A stretch of DNA of 64,000 nt, from assembly GCA_014905635.1 (NCBI GenBank), contig JABVCE010000011.1:434001-498000 (forward strand), read 5' to 3'. Source of the stretch: Scenedesmus sp. PABB004 (Eukaryota). The translations under genes and the position numbers were made by a program. The notes under the pieces were generated by a model. The model had not been told where the DNA came from and did not search any database. It was given only the letters and a program-made list of their open reading frames with translations. Numbering within the stretch: position 1 is the first letter of the stretch; every line of letters begins with the position of its first letter. Below are positions 12,770 through 24,807 of the stretch, in pieces.

Positions 12770-14378
12770 ATGCCGGGCGAGGCGCGCTTCACGCGCCTCT
12801 CCAAGGTCCTGGCGGGCGTGCTGCTCGCGCTCTACGCCGTGGGCGCCCTGGCGCCCAGCAGCCGGGCCTACCTCGCGCTCGTGCCGGGCAGGTGCGGCGT
12901 GGCCGGGCGCCGCGCCGCGACGGCCCGCCGGCGCGGCGCGGCGGCGGGCAACACCTGCCGTCGGCGCTGCTGCCGCGCCGCGCCGCCGGTGCCGCAGGAC
13001 GCTGCCGTGCGTGTGGAACCTCATCACGGGCGGCCTCCTATCCACCAATGTCGTGGAGGTGCGCCGGCGGCCCCGCGCGGCGGCGGTTGGCGGCCGCGCC
13101 GGCAGTGCGGCGCGGCGGTTGCGCGCCGCCCACGCGGCCAGTCGCCGGCGCCGGCCCGCCGCCGCCGCGCCCAGGTGCTGCTCATGTGCGTGTCGCTGCT
13201 GCTGCTCGCGCGCGTGGTGGAGCCGGTGTACGGGAGCACCGAGTTCCTCAAGCTCGTGCTGCTCGTCGACGGCGCGGCGTGCGCCGCGACGTTTGTGATG
13301 GCCTTCCTCATCTTCCTTGCCGCGCCCGCGGAGCGCAAGGGCCGCACGCTGTGAGCGCCGCGCGGCGCGCGGGCTCGGCTCCGGCGCGCGCCCGGGCGCC
13401 GTCGCGGGCAGCGGTCGGCGGCGGCGCCCGCGCCCACGCCGCGCCCTGTCGCTCGCGCCCCGCTGTGCGCAGGTACACGCAGTTCACGGGCTTCCACGGC
13501 GTGCTCGCGGGGCTGCTGGTCGCGGTCAAGCAGATCATGCCCGACCACGAGGTCGTGCTCGGAGGCATGCTGCGCCTGCGCGCGCGGGTGCGGCGCGCGG
13601 CGCGCGATGCGGCGCGGCGCCGCGCGGCGCCGCGCGGCGGCGATGCAGGCGGCGGCGGCGGGGCGCGGGGCGGGAGGCAGCGGCGGCGCCGGCGGTGGCG
13701 GCGCCTGGGCGCTGGGGCGGGGGCGCGCCAGTGTCGGCGCTCACCTCCGCCGCCGCCGCCGCCGCGGCGCCGTGCGAGCAGTACTTTCCCTCGGCGTACG
13801 TGCTGACGGTCACCGCGCTCGCGCTGCTGTCGCGGGCGTGGGCGGCGCTGCCGTTCCTGTGGTTTGGCACGTACGCGGCGTGGCTCTACCTCCGCTTCTT
13901 CCAGGCGCAGCCGGAGACGAGCCTGCGCGGCGACCCGAGCGAGGACTTCAAGTTTTCCAGCTTCTTCCCGGACGCGCTCGCGCCGCCGCTCGACGCCGCG
14001 GGCGGGCTGCTGTCGCGCGCGCTGCGCCTCCGCCGCGACGGCGGCGGGCCCGACGCGCGCGCGCTGCTGCCGACGTCGGCGCTGCTCGGCGGCAGCTCCG
14101 CCGACGCGAACCGGCGACGGTGCGCGCGCGTGCAGTGCGCCTGTGCAGTGCGCTCTGGCAACCGTGCCTGCGAGCGGCAGCAGCCGCGCCGGGCGGCCGG
14201 CGCCTGCCGGCGGCGCTCATGCCTGCCCACGTGCGCGCGCAGGGAGCGCGGGGCCAAGGCGCTGGAGGAGCGGCTGGAGATGAAGAAGCTCGCCGACGCG
14301 CCCGCGTTGGAGAGCGCGGCCGCGGCGGCGGCGAGCGGGCTGCCCGGCAGCGGCGACGGCGGCGCGCAGCTCGCGTGA
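12770..14378 (+). CDS. TMEM115 / rhomboid-like protein 19 (DUF1751) membrane protein
   Basis: LALVPGRTLPCVWNL, EPVYGSTEFLK, GFHGVLAGLLVAVKQIMPD, WLYLRFFQ, RGDPSEDFKFSSFFP, ANRRRERGAKALEERL. Confidence 0.88.
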
Positions 14379-14683
14379 GCAGCCGCGGCGGGCTGGGCTG
14401 CGCTAGGGGGCGGGGGAGGACTGCTCATCGGTCGGTCAAGCCCTGGCGCGGCGCCCCGCGCGTGCGCGCACGGAACGGGGGGCGGGCGAGCGGGGGCGGG
14501 CTGCGGCGCGGCACTTGTGAACCGCTGAACTGTGCGCCGGCCCGGCGCCTACCTCAACGCTGCGGCCAGATGTCCCGTCTGCACTTTGGCCGCCGCCCAA
14601 GCTCGCCAGCAGCACACAGTGTGCGCGCCGGGCCGCCGCACAGCGCCGCTCGCCGCCGCCGCCGCGCACACAGAAAAGCCGCC

Positions 14684-16853
14684 ATGCAGGCTCGTTGCTC
14701 ATGCAGGTGAGCCAGCGAGCGGGACGCGAGGCGCTGATGCGGCTGCAGAGCGGCCCACGCGGAGCGCGGGGTCGGGGCGCCCGGGCAGCGCTGGTGCCCC
14801 GCGCGAGCAGCGCGCGCCGCAGCGCCAGCGCTGGCCAGCGGCCCGCTTGCAGAAAGCTGCAGCTCCTCGGCAGCTGCGCGCGGTCAGCGGACGGCCAGCG
14901 GCGGCGGGGGCGAGCAAACGGCGGCGTGGCGCGCCGCGGCGCGCCGCGACCGGCCGGCAGGCGCATTGCAGGCGCGCCAGGGCGCACGTCGCGGCGCTTG
15001 ACCCTCCCGCTCCGCACGCCCGCAGCGGGCGCGCCGCGGTCTTCCGCGGCGCGCGGCCGCTGTCGGCGCCGTCCGCGCCGCGCCGCGCCTCGCGCCGCGG
15101 CGCCGTGCAGGCGCGCGCCGCAATGCAGGCGCTCGTTCTGGACTGCGACGGTGCGCCCGGGGGCGTTTTTCTGCGCCCGCGGGCCTGCGCGCGCCGCCGT
15201 CGCGGCCGCCGCGCGGCGCGCGCCCCGCCCGACCCCGCCCCGCCCGACCCCACCTCCTCCGCCAGGCGTGATCCTCGAGTCGGAGGACCTCCACCGCCGC
15301 GCCTACAACGCCGCGTTTGAGAACTTTGACGTCCGCGGTGTGCGCCCGCGCGCGCTGCTTGAACAGCGCCGGCCGGGGCTCGGCGGCGCACGCGAGCGCA
15401 CCCGAGCGCACGCGCCCGCGCTGCCCTGCCGCGCGCAGTGTCGGGCGCCGTGGTGAACTGGAGCGAGTCGTTTTACGACGTCCTGCAAAACACCGTCGGC
15501 GGCGGCAAGCCCAAGATGCGCTGGTGCGGCGCCCCCGCGGGGCTGGGCCGCCGCCGCGCCCGCATCTGGGCTGGGCTTGGGCCCCAGCCTGGCACCGCGC
15601 GCCGAGCCCCGCGTCCGCCGCGGCGCCGCCGCGGCGCCGCAGGTACTTTGGGCGCGAGGGCTGGCCGACGTCGAGCGTGCTCGGCGGGCGCGTGCCGGCG
15701 AGCGAGGAGGAGCAGGCGCTGCTGGTGGACACGCTGCAGGAGTGGAAGAGCGACAAGTACCGCCAGATGGTCGGGTGAGAGGGACAGGGGGCAGCAGGGA
15801 GGGGCAGCAAGAGTGGCAGCAGGGCGCAGCAGGGAGGGACGGGAGGGTCGGGAGGGACGGGAGGGACGGGAGGGGCAGGGAGGCAGAGGGCGCTGCGGCT
15901 GCGGCTGCGGTCGTGACGCACGCGGCGGCGGCGGCCCGACGCGCGCCGCCCGCAACCGCGCGCCGCCAGCAACCGCGCCCCGCCGCGCCGCGCGCAGCTC
16001 GGGCGAGGTCCCCGCGCGGCCGGGCATCCTTCGCCTCATGGACGACGCGCGCGCGGCGGGGCTCAAGGTCGCCGTGTGCAGCGCGGGGACCAAGGACAGC
16101 GTGATCTTCACGCTCACCAGCATGCTCGGCCCCGAGCGCTTCGCCGCGCTCGACTGCTTCCTCGCGGGTGCGGCCCGCCGGCGGCCCGCCGGCAGCCCCG
16201 CGGCGGCCCCGCGGCGCCGTCGCACCGCCGCCGGCCCTCGGCAGCACGCGCCCACACCCGCCCGCACACAACCATGCCCACGCGCCCATCCGCACACACC
16301 CACGCCCGCCCGCCCGCCCGCCCACACGCGCCCGCCTCGCCCAGGCGACGACGTGGACAAGAAGAAGCCCGACCCCGCCATCTACGCCCTCGCCGCGTCC
16401 CAGCTCGGCGTGCCGCCGGGCGACTGCGTGGTGGTCGAGGACTCCATGATCGGCCTGCGCGCCGCGCTCGGCGCGGGCATGCGCTGCGTCATCACCTACA
16501 CGCCCTCCACGCGCGAGGAGGTGCGGCGGCTCCAGACGCGGCGCGCGGGAGGGAGGCGCTGGGCGCGGGAGGGCGCAGAGCACAGGCCGGGCACGGGCGA
16601 GCGTTGTGGTTGGGTTGTGGCGGCGCGCGCCGCGTGCGCGTGTGCGTGTGCCTGCCGCGTGCTGCGAGCGCGCTGCCTGGCCGCGTGGCGCGCGTGGCGT
16701 GTGTTTTGACCGGAGCGTGCCGCCCCCGCGCCGCAGGCGTTTGAGGGGGCGGACGTCGTTGTCGCGGAGATCGGCGACGCCGTGACGCTCGCCGTGCTCG
16801 CCGAGCGCCCCGCGGCGCCGCTCGACGACCGCGTCGCGCCCATCGCCGCCTGA
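14684..16853 (+). CDS. CbbY-family HAD-like phosphatase with plastid transit peptide (At4g39970-like); isoform with proximal last exon 16737-16853
   Basis: Motif I LDCDGVILESE, GGGKPKMRWYF, RPGILRLMD, AGDDVDKKKPDPAIY, VVEDSMIGL. A short first exon 14684-14706 splices in frame to an Arg/Ala/Ser-rich leader. Confidence 0.88.
15781..15885 (+). repeat. Intronic purine-rich (GGGAGGGAC)-like repeat
   Basis: Run of GGG tracts separated by short loops inside a CbbY-family gene intron. Confidence 0.7.
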
Positions 16854-16914
16854 GCGGCGCCGCCGCCGCCGTGGCCTTGCCCTTGCCCCGCCTCCGCCGC
16901 CCTGCAACGCCCAG

Positions 16915-17079
16915 GAGTTCCCCGGCGCTGAGCGCATCGTCGCGGACGTGGCGTCGGCGGGAGTGACCATCCCCGAGCTCATGGCTCGCCGGATCGTGCA
17001 AGACGATCGCGTAGAGTTCTCGGTCACTGACTCCGCGCTGCTGTTCGGCTCGCCGCAGCGCGGCAGCGGCGCGATGTGA
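16915..17079 (+). CDS. Second, homologous alternative terminal exon of the CbbY-family gene
   Basis: CAG acceptor at 16912-16914 in phase 0. Encodes EFPGAERIVADVASAGVTIPELMARRIVQDDRV..., which aligns with proximal exon AFEGADVVVAEIGDAVTLAVLAERPAAPLDDRV. Confidence 0.7.
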   Translation, partial: EFPGAERIVADVASAGVTIPELMARRIVQDDRVEFSVTDSALLFGSPQRGSGAM

Positions 17080-17226
17080 CCGGGCCGCAGCGGCGGCGGC
17101 GCGGTGCGACGGGGCCGCGCCACGCGCGCGGCGCTCGCGCGGGTGTCACACGGCCGCGCATGTGGCTTGCAACTGTCCCCGCCCACCTCTGTGACACGGC
17201 TGGCTGGCTGCAGCACCCCGCCCGGC

Positions 17227-19406
17227 TCACGCGGGCCCGCCCGCCGCCAGCGCCGCCGGTCCGCGCAGCGCGCGGTCGGCGGCGCTGGCCGCCACCAGCA
17301 GCCGCTTGGCCAGGCCAAGCAGCGTCGGCGCCTCGCCGCCAGCGCCACAGCCGTCGCCGGCCGCCCACGCGCGTGCCAGCCAGTCGCCGCACAGCGCCTC
17401 GACGCGCGGCGCGGCGGGGCCGCCCGGCGCCGCCGCGCCCAGCTGCAGCGCAGCGTTCGCCAGCTGCACGGCCGCCGCGGACATCGCGTCCACTCCGTCC
17501 AGCGCGGCGCACGCCGTCGCCGGGTCAGCTGCGGCGTGCAGGGCCGCCGGCAGGCACAGGCCGAGCGCACGCTCGCCGCAGCCCAGGAGCACGTCCCGCT
17601 GCTGCAGCAGCGCGAGCGGGAGGTCGACGCCCGCCAGCCACGCCGAGGGCGCCGCGGCGGCGAGGGCGCCGGGCCTGCCTCCGCTGGGCTCCGGCGGCTG
17701 CCCCCCGCCCAGCGCCAGCCGCCACGCGGCCAGCAGCGCCTCGCAGCGCGCCTGCAGGTCCTCGCTGCTGATGCTGCTGCTGTCGGCGCCAGCGAGCGGC
17801 GCCAGCAGCTGCTGCTGCAGGCCGCGCTGCCTGCAGGACGGGGCGGCGGCGCGGTGGCGACGGTGGGGCGCGAGCGGGTGGAGCGGCGGCGGCGAGCAGG
17901 CGCCGCGCTCGCCTGGCAGCCCGCCGCGCGCTCACCTGGCGCAGTCGAACGGCTGCTGCACCCACGCCACGAGCGCGGCCGCGTGCGCCGCCGCCTGCCG
18001 CAGCGGCGCGGCCTGGGCCGCCGCGCCCTGCCCCCGGCGGCGAGGCAGCACCGCGCCAGCTCGTGGCAGGCAGCCGCGTACCAGGGCCGGTGCTGCGCCA
18101 CGAGCCGCCACGCGGCCCGCACCGCAAGCGCGTCGCCGCGCGGCGGCGCCGCGCCGCGCGCCGCGCCGTGCCCGCCCCACTCCGCGGGCGAGGGCCAGCC
18201 CTCGTCCGCGGCGCCGGGCTGGGCGCCAGGCTCGGCGCCGGGCTCCTCGCCCGCGCCGGCGACGCCCGGCAGCAGCGCGAGCAGAGCGCGCAGGCCCTCC
18301 GCCGACGGCTCTGTCGCCAGCTGCTGCGCGAGGCGCTGCTGCCAGGGCTCTGGGCACAGCAGCGCAAACGCGCCCGCGAGCTGCTGCGCCGCGCCGCCCT
18401 CGCCGCCGCTGCCGCCGCGCTCCGACGCTGCCGCCGCCGCCGCCGCCGCCGCGAGCTGCTGCCACGCGGGCCGCGCCGCCAGGCTGAGGAGCTGCCAGAG
18501 CCGCTGCTGGCCGCTCGCCTCCAGCCACGCCAGCAGCGTGTCCGCCGCCTGCGGCGGACAGTGCGAGGCGCCGGGAGCCCTTAGACCTGAGATGCCTGCG
18601 CGCGGCGGGGGGCAAGGCAGGAGCGGCACGGGCGCGGGCGGCGCGGGCCGCCGCACCTGATCCAGCAGCGCCGGGCTGGCCGCCAGTGCAGCCGACAACG
18701 CGGGCCACCAGGGCAGGGCGCCGCCGGGGCTCAGCGCCGCGCGCGTGCTGCCCGCCGCGCCCTGCCGCAGCACCGCGGCGGCGGCCTGCTGCAGCAGCGG
18801 CGCGAGCAGCGCCGGGCGCAGCACCAGCGCCTGCTGCAGTCCCTCCCCGGGCAGCTGCGCCGCTGCGCGCGGCCGAAGAGGGGGGAGGGAGGGAGGGACG
18901 TACGGGTGAACGAAAGCGCGGCGGCGGCGAGGGCGTGCGTGCGCGGCCCTGCGGCCGCAGCGTCCGGCGCGGCGCGCCCGCGCCGCTCGTCGCGCGCGCC
19001 CACCCGCGTCGCCGGGCTCGAACAGCGCCAGCGCCTCGCCCGCCGCCGCCGCCCAACGCCGCTGCTCCGCCGCAGGGCGCGCCGGCGGCGGCGCCGCGTC
19101 GGCGTCGCCGACCGCGAACTGCAGCAGCTGCGCCAGCACCCCCGCCGCCGCCGGGCACGGCGCCTGCCGGGCGGGCGCGCCCGCGCCGCCTGCCGCGTGC
19201 TGCTGCTGCTGCCCCTGCAGCTGCGCGAGCTGCTCCCGCGAGCGCGCGAGGCCCTCCTGCACGTCGGCGCAGCGCTGCGGCGGCGGCGCCGCGAGGCCCG
19301 CCGCCAGCGCGGCGAGCGCACGCTCCACGGCGCCGGGGGCGCCGCCGTCGCCGCTAGCAGCCGCTGCCGCCGCCGCGACGCCGAGCTCGGCGATCGGCGA
19401 GGCCAT
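17227..19406 (-). CDS. Hypothetical Ala/Leu/Gln/Trp-rich helical protein (multi-exon)
   Basis: Coding-like segments with GT-AG boundaries (MASPIAELG..., LQQALVLRPALL..., LLAWLEASGQQRLWQLL..., LLGCGERALGL...). Apparent 1-nt frameshift in a G5 run near 18031-18035. No family recognised. Confidence 0.6.
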
Positions 19407-19712
19407 CGCGCGCTCGAGCGCACGGCGGAGCAGCGGCGGTTGCCGCGCGTGTTCTGGTGTGTGCGTGCGAGATGACGGTGGTGCCGCGGTGAGGAGACGG
19501 CAGGGCGGGAGCCCCCGGGAGGCCGGCAGGCGCCGCGAGTGAGAAGCGCCGTTGCGCCGCCGAACCCCGCCGCCGCCGGCACAAGGCCGTCGGGCCGGCG
19601 CGGCCCTCACAGCGCCGCCACACACTCTCTGAGTTGCAGCGCGCCAGCTCCGCGCGGCCCTCCACCCCCCGCCGGCGCCCGGCAGCGCCGCGAGTTCTCG
19701 CCGCCGGCCGCG

Positions 19713-22355
19713 ATGACCATCAAGGTGCGGGGCGCGCCCGCCGCTGCGGCGCGTCGAGCGCATGGGTCCCTGGCGCGCCGGCCAGGCGGTCGGGCCGGCC
19801 GCTGGCGGCGCGGGCCGCGAGCAGCAGCAGCGGCGGGCGCGGGTGCCGCCGCCGCTGCCGCCCGCGCGGCCGCCGCGCCACCGCCGGACCGCGCCCCAGC
19901 AGCTCCGCCGGATGCCGGCCGCGCAATCGGCCCCACCCGCCGCCGCGAAGACGCCGCGCGCCGCGCGCCGCCGCAGGTGCACAAGCTCGGCGGGTCGGAC
20001 CTCGAGGTCCCGATCTGCTGCCTCGGCACGATGACGTTTGGGGAGCAGAACGACGAGGCGCAGAGCTTTGAGATCCTTGACTACGCGCTCAGCCGGGGCA
20101 TCAACTTCCTCGACACCGCCGAGCTGTGCGCCGCGCGGCGCCCGCCTGCGCGTCCTGCAATCGCGCGCTTGCAGGACGCCGCGTGCCGGCGCCGGAGCAG
20201 CAGCCGCCGCGCAGCGCCGCGCCCTGACATGCCCTGCCGCTGCCGTCGCCGCCGCCGCCGCCGCCACCGCCGCCGCCCGCGCGTGGCACCCACCACACCG
20301 GCAGGTACCCCGTGCCGCCGAGCGAGAAGAACAACGCCCGCACCGAGCGCATCATCGGCGCGTGGATGGCCGACCGCGCCATCCCGCGCAGCAAGGCGCG
20401 CGCTGCCAGACGCGGCGCCCGCGCCGCGCCGCCCCGCGCGCGCGCCCGCGCCGCCATTGAAACCCCCGGTCCGTGAGCCGCTAAAACCTTAAACCCCGCG
20501 CCCGCCCGGCGCTGTCTCGCCCGCCGCAGGTTATCATCGCCACCAAGGTCGCGAGCTGCATGCCCGGCGCCGACCGCAGCTACATCGTGGCCAACCGGTG
20601 CGCCCGCGGCGCAGCCCGCCGCGGGCAGCCCGCGGCGCCACGCCGCGCGCGCTGGCACCGCCGACCCGCGCGCACGACCCGCCCGCCGCCGCCCGCGCGC
20701 CGCACCGCCGCGGCGCAGGTCGGACCCGCCGCTCGCGTCGGCGCCGCAGCCGGCGCTCACGCGCGACCAGATCCTCGCCGCCTGCGACGGCAGCCTGCGC
20801 CGCCTGCGCACCACCTACATCGACCTCTATCAGCTCCACTGGTGCGCGCCGCGGCGTGCAGCACCGCGTGCATCTTGCTGCTGCTGGCGCGGCGCCGTCC
20901 GGCCGCGCCGCCGCACGCGGCCAGCCCCCGGCGCCGCGGGCCGCCTCACGCCGCTGCGCGCCGCCCCGCCGCCGCCGCCCTGTCGCTGCGCGCCGCTGTC
21001 AGGCCGGCGCGCTACGCGCCGATCTTTGGCAGCCGGCAGTTCTCCCCCGACAAGGCCTGGACCGGGCACCCCAGCATCGACGAGCAGGCGCGCCGCCGCC
21101 GCGCCGCCGCTGCCGCCGCCGCTGCGCCCCCGTGCGCCGCGCGCACGGCTCGCGGCCGCCTAGCTGCGCGCCGGCGTGCGTCAAGCCTAGAACCCCGGCC
21201 GTGGCCGCAGGTCGGCGCGATCGGGGAGCTGATCAAGGCGGGCAAGGTCAAGCACTGGGGCCTCAGCAACGAGACCGCGTTTGGTGAGGCCGCGGCGGCG
21301 AGCCAACCAGCCGCCGGCCCCTCCCCCCTCTCCCGCCCGCCCCGCGTCCGCGGCGGCCGCGCGCTCGCCGCTGCGCGGGCACCCGCCCAGCGCCGCCTCG
21401 CCGCCCGCGCCGGCGCCGCCAGGCGTGTGCTCGTTCTGCGACGCCGCGCGCCGCCTGGGCGTGCCGGCGCCGGTGTCGATACAGAACGACTTCTCACCCT
21501 TCCTCCGCACCTTTGAGGGCGACCTCGCCGAGGCGTGCGCGCCCGGCAACCACAACATCGGGTGCGCACGCCGCCGCGCACGCCCGCGCGCGCCTGCGCG
21601 CGCCTGTGTGAGCCTGCGCGCTCGCGTGCGGCGGGCGGGCGCGGCCGCCGCAGGGCGCGCGGCGCCCGACCCGACGCCCGCCCCGCCGCGCGCCCCGCGG
21701 CGCTGCCCCTCCCGCCCGCAGGCTGCTCGCGTATGGCGTGCTCGCCGGCGGCACGCTCAGCGGCAAGTACCTGCCCGGCAGCGGCGCCGACACGTCGCGC
21801 GCGCGGCACGCCGCGTTCCCCTGGTTCCAGCCGCGCTACATCAACGCCCGCACGACCGCGGCCGCGGCCGACCTGCGCGACCTCGCCGCGTCCAAGGGCC
21901 TCTCGCCCGCGGTGCTCGCGCAGGCCTGGGCCGCGAGCAGGCGCGCAGCGCAACGGGCGCGCGGCGCGCGGGGCGGCCTCGGCGGCGCCCCGACGCGCGC
22001 GTGCGCAGGGCGAGGGCGTGCGCCCAGCCCCGCGCGTGTCCGTGGCCCTCACGCCGGGCCGCGCCCTCGCCGCGGCCCCTGCAGGTGGTACATGGGCGCT
22101 GTGATCATCGGCGCGACCACCCTGGAGCAGGTCAAGGAGAACATCGACGCCTGCTGCACCGCGCTCGACGGCGACACGCTGCAGGCGCGGCGCGGCGCGG
22201 CTGCACGCGCGCAGCTGCGCGGAGATCGCTGCCTGCCGCGCGCGCGCGCCGTCGCCGCCGCTGACGCCAACTCACGTGCGCGGTGTGGCGCCCGTTGCGC
22301 GCAGGCCATGGATGCGCTGTTCCTCAAGCACGGCAACACCACGCTGGCTGACTGA
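19713..22355 (+). CDS. Aldo-keto reductase, Tas-like (multi-exon)
   Basis: LGTMTFGEQN, GINFLDTAELYPVP, VIIATKV, SLRRLRTTYIDLYQLHWP, GKVKHWGLSNET, LAGGTLSGKY, IIGATTLEQVKEN. Confidence 0.92.
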
Positions 22356-22462
22356 GCGTGACCAGGGGGACGGGCGGGGCGTTGCGGTGCGGTGCTGGCC
22401 ACGCGCAGGTGTCGGGCCGTGCAACTCACACCAGGCCGCCCGCCAGGCCCCTCGTTGCCCCC

Positions 22463-24289
22463 TCACGCCTGCAGCACCGCCGCATTGACCACAGGCAGTG
22501 ACAGGCCGGCTGCGCGCGCAGCCGCAGCCGCCGCGTGCCACGCCTGCCTCGCCTCCTCGCGCGGCATGCAAACCCTCAGCACGTTGAGAAACGACAGCCC
22601 GCACAGCACCGCACGCGCGTCCGCCTGGGACAGCTCCAGCCCGCGAAGCTCCAGATCCACCTTGTGCAGCGCGCGCATGCCCGCCAGCTGCACCAGGCCC
22701 GCGGGCGTGGCCTCGCTGCCGGCTGGCACGCTCACTAGCAGGGAGGTGACCTGCGTGCAGGTGGCCAGCGCCGCCAGCTCTGCATTATCGCGCACTGCAA
22801 ATTGGAGCTGGCGCAGCACGGGCAGGCGCCCCAGCGACCGCACCGCCGCCACGCGTGCCGCCTCGCCGCCGCCCTCGCCCTGCAGCAGGCTGGGGCTCTC
22901 TACAAACTCACCATCAAGGACCAGCGCCTGCAGCTGGCGGCAGTGCTCGGCCAGCCCCTGCAGCATGGCCGGCGACCAGGCCGCCAGCTGCCCGACCGTG
23001 CGCAGGCGGGGAAAGGCCGCAAGAGGCACAGGCCCCACACCATAAAGCTCCATCACCGAGGGGCACGCAACGGGCTCGCCCTCGCTGCCGCCCTCCACCC
23101 ACTCGCCGCACAGTTGAGTCAGCCGGCTCAGACCCGCCAGGCACGGCAGGGAAGCACGCGAAAGGCCGTCAACACCAAGCACGCGCAGGTCAGTCAACCC
23201 GCCCAGCGCCGCCAGCAGGCGCGGGTCGGAGCCCTGGTCCATTTGCAGGTGCAGCTGCGTGAGCGCGACCAGCCGCGCGAGCGCCGCGCACTCGGCGCCG
23301 CCCACCGTCGGCCACACAACCTCGCCAGTGCTGCGATTGGGCCGCGGATGCAGGACCAGGCTCCGCAGCCCCGTGCAGGCGCCCACAAACGCCAGGCCTT
23401 GGTGGCTGCAGACGAGGGGGAGGTGCAGCGACGTGAGCGCTGGCGCCAGGCCGCCCAGCCAGCCGTACTGCTGCTGAGGGCTGTTGGTGAACCTGCCACC
23501 AGACACCTCCAGGCTCGCCAGGCCGCCCAGCTGGGTCAGCACCGAGCAGTGCGCCAGCGTTGCAGGCACACTCAGCCCTGCACCAAACTGCACGGTGACG
23601 GCTGTGAGCTGCGTCGCCTGGCCCAGCGCCCGCCACGCCGCGTCGTTGCCCGCCCAGCTGGCGACGTCCAGCTCCAGCGCGCGCAAGCCGGGCAGGGCAA
23701 AGCGCACGTTGCCCAGCACAGGTGCCAGGTTGAGCGGCTCGCTGGCGCCACGGTCCGCGATGTCCAGGCGCAGCGTCGTCAGCCGCGGCAGCCTGCGCGG
23801 CGGCGGGCGGGCGGCGCGCGTGCGCGTTAAGTGAGTGTTGCAGGGTGCATGCGCGCCGGCACGAACACCCAACAGCCGGCGGTGCAGGCGGCAAGCACGC
23901 CTGCGCAGGCGCTGCGCGCAGCAGCAGCAGCGCCGGGCGCCCGCTCACGTCGCGAGCGCCGGCAGCGCGGCCGCCAGCCCGACCGCGGCGTCCTCGCGGC
24001 TGGCCAGCGTGACCTCCACCCTGGCGCAGGACGCGAACAGTCCGCCCTGCAGCGCCGCCGCGCGCTCGCAGTCGCCGGCGGGCAGCTTGAGCGCCGCGAC
24101 CGCGCCGTGCACCACGCGCCGCGTCGTCCTGCAGGCCAGCGCGAACGCGGGCGCGCTGCCGGGGTCCGCCAGCAGCTTGGGCACCAGCGCGGCGCCCCAG
24201 GCCGCCTCGCCCAGCGCCTCCAGGGCCGGCAGCAGCACGCACGCGCCCGGCGGCGCCGCGCCGCGCTCGGCGCTCCTCCCGGTCGCCAT
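22463..24289 (-). CDS. F-box-like/LRR (RNI-like) protein, intact copy (2 exons)
   Basis: Exon 1 24289-23949 with degenerate F-box-like start (LPALEALGEAAW..FALACRTTRRVV). Exon 2 23792-22463 is an open frame with LxxLxxLxL repeats. Codon usage is less GC-skewed than in neighbouring genes. Confidence 0.75.
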
Positions 24290-24807
24290 GCTGCTGCGGG
24301 CGGTGCTGTGGCGTGCTGAGAGTGCAGATCGGGGGCGGGCTGTGCACGGGGCGGGGCATGCGCGCCGGGAGGTGGCGGGCGGCAGTGGCGGCCGGCCGGT
24401 CGCCTCTGCGCCTTCGCCTGTCGCGCGCGGCGGCGCCCGGCTCCTGCAGGTGTGCCTCTGGCCTGCCTGCAGGCGGGGGAACCACGACAAGCTGCCTGCT
24501 GCCCGGACGGGGACGGGCAACGTTCACGGGCGTTGACCAGTCGAGCGGTTTCTCAGTGCACCGCTCGCGGCCGATCGACGCTCGCGGCCGCTCACACGGG
24601 GGCCAAGCACATCCAACTCACTGCCGCGGTCGGCGCCGGATGCCGCTCGCGGGTGGTCAATGCGCGCAACGAGCGCGCTAAACATGGCTGTTGATTCGGT
24701 CCACGCGCGCCAGCGCTTGGCACGCGGCCTGCACAGTCCGCAAGGCGCCCACGGGCGCGCCATCGAGTCGGGTCCCATCCCCCCAACACCCCACGTCAAG
24801 TCTGCGC

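Noticed and set aside
15303..20267. 1654-aa minus-strand ORF and many other long Arg/Ala/Pro-rich ORFs
   Set aside because: Stop codons are scarce at this GC content. These frames run through introns and antisense to real genes.
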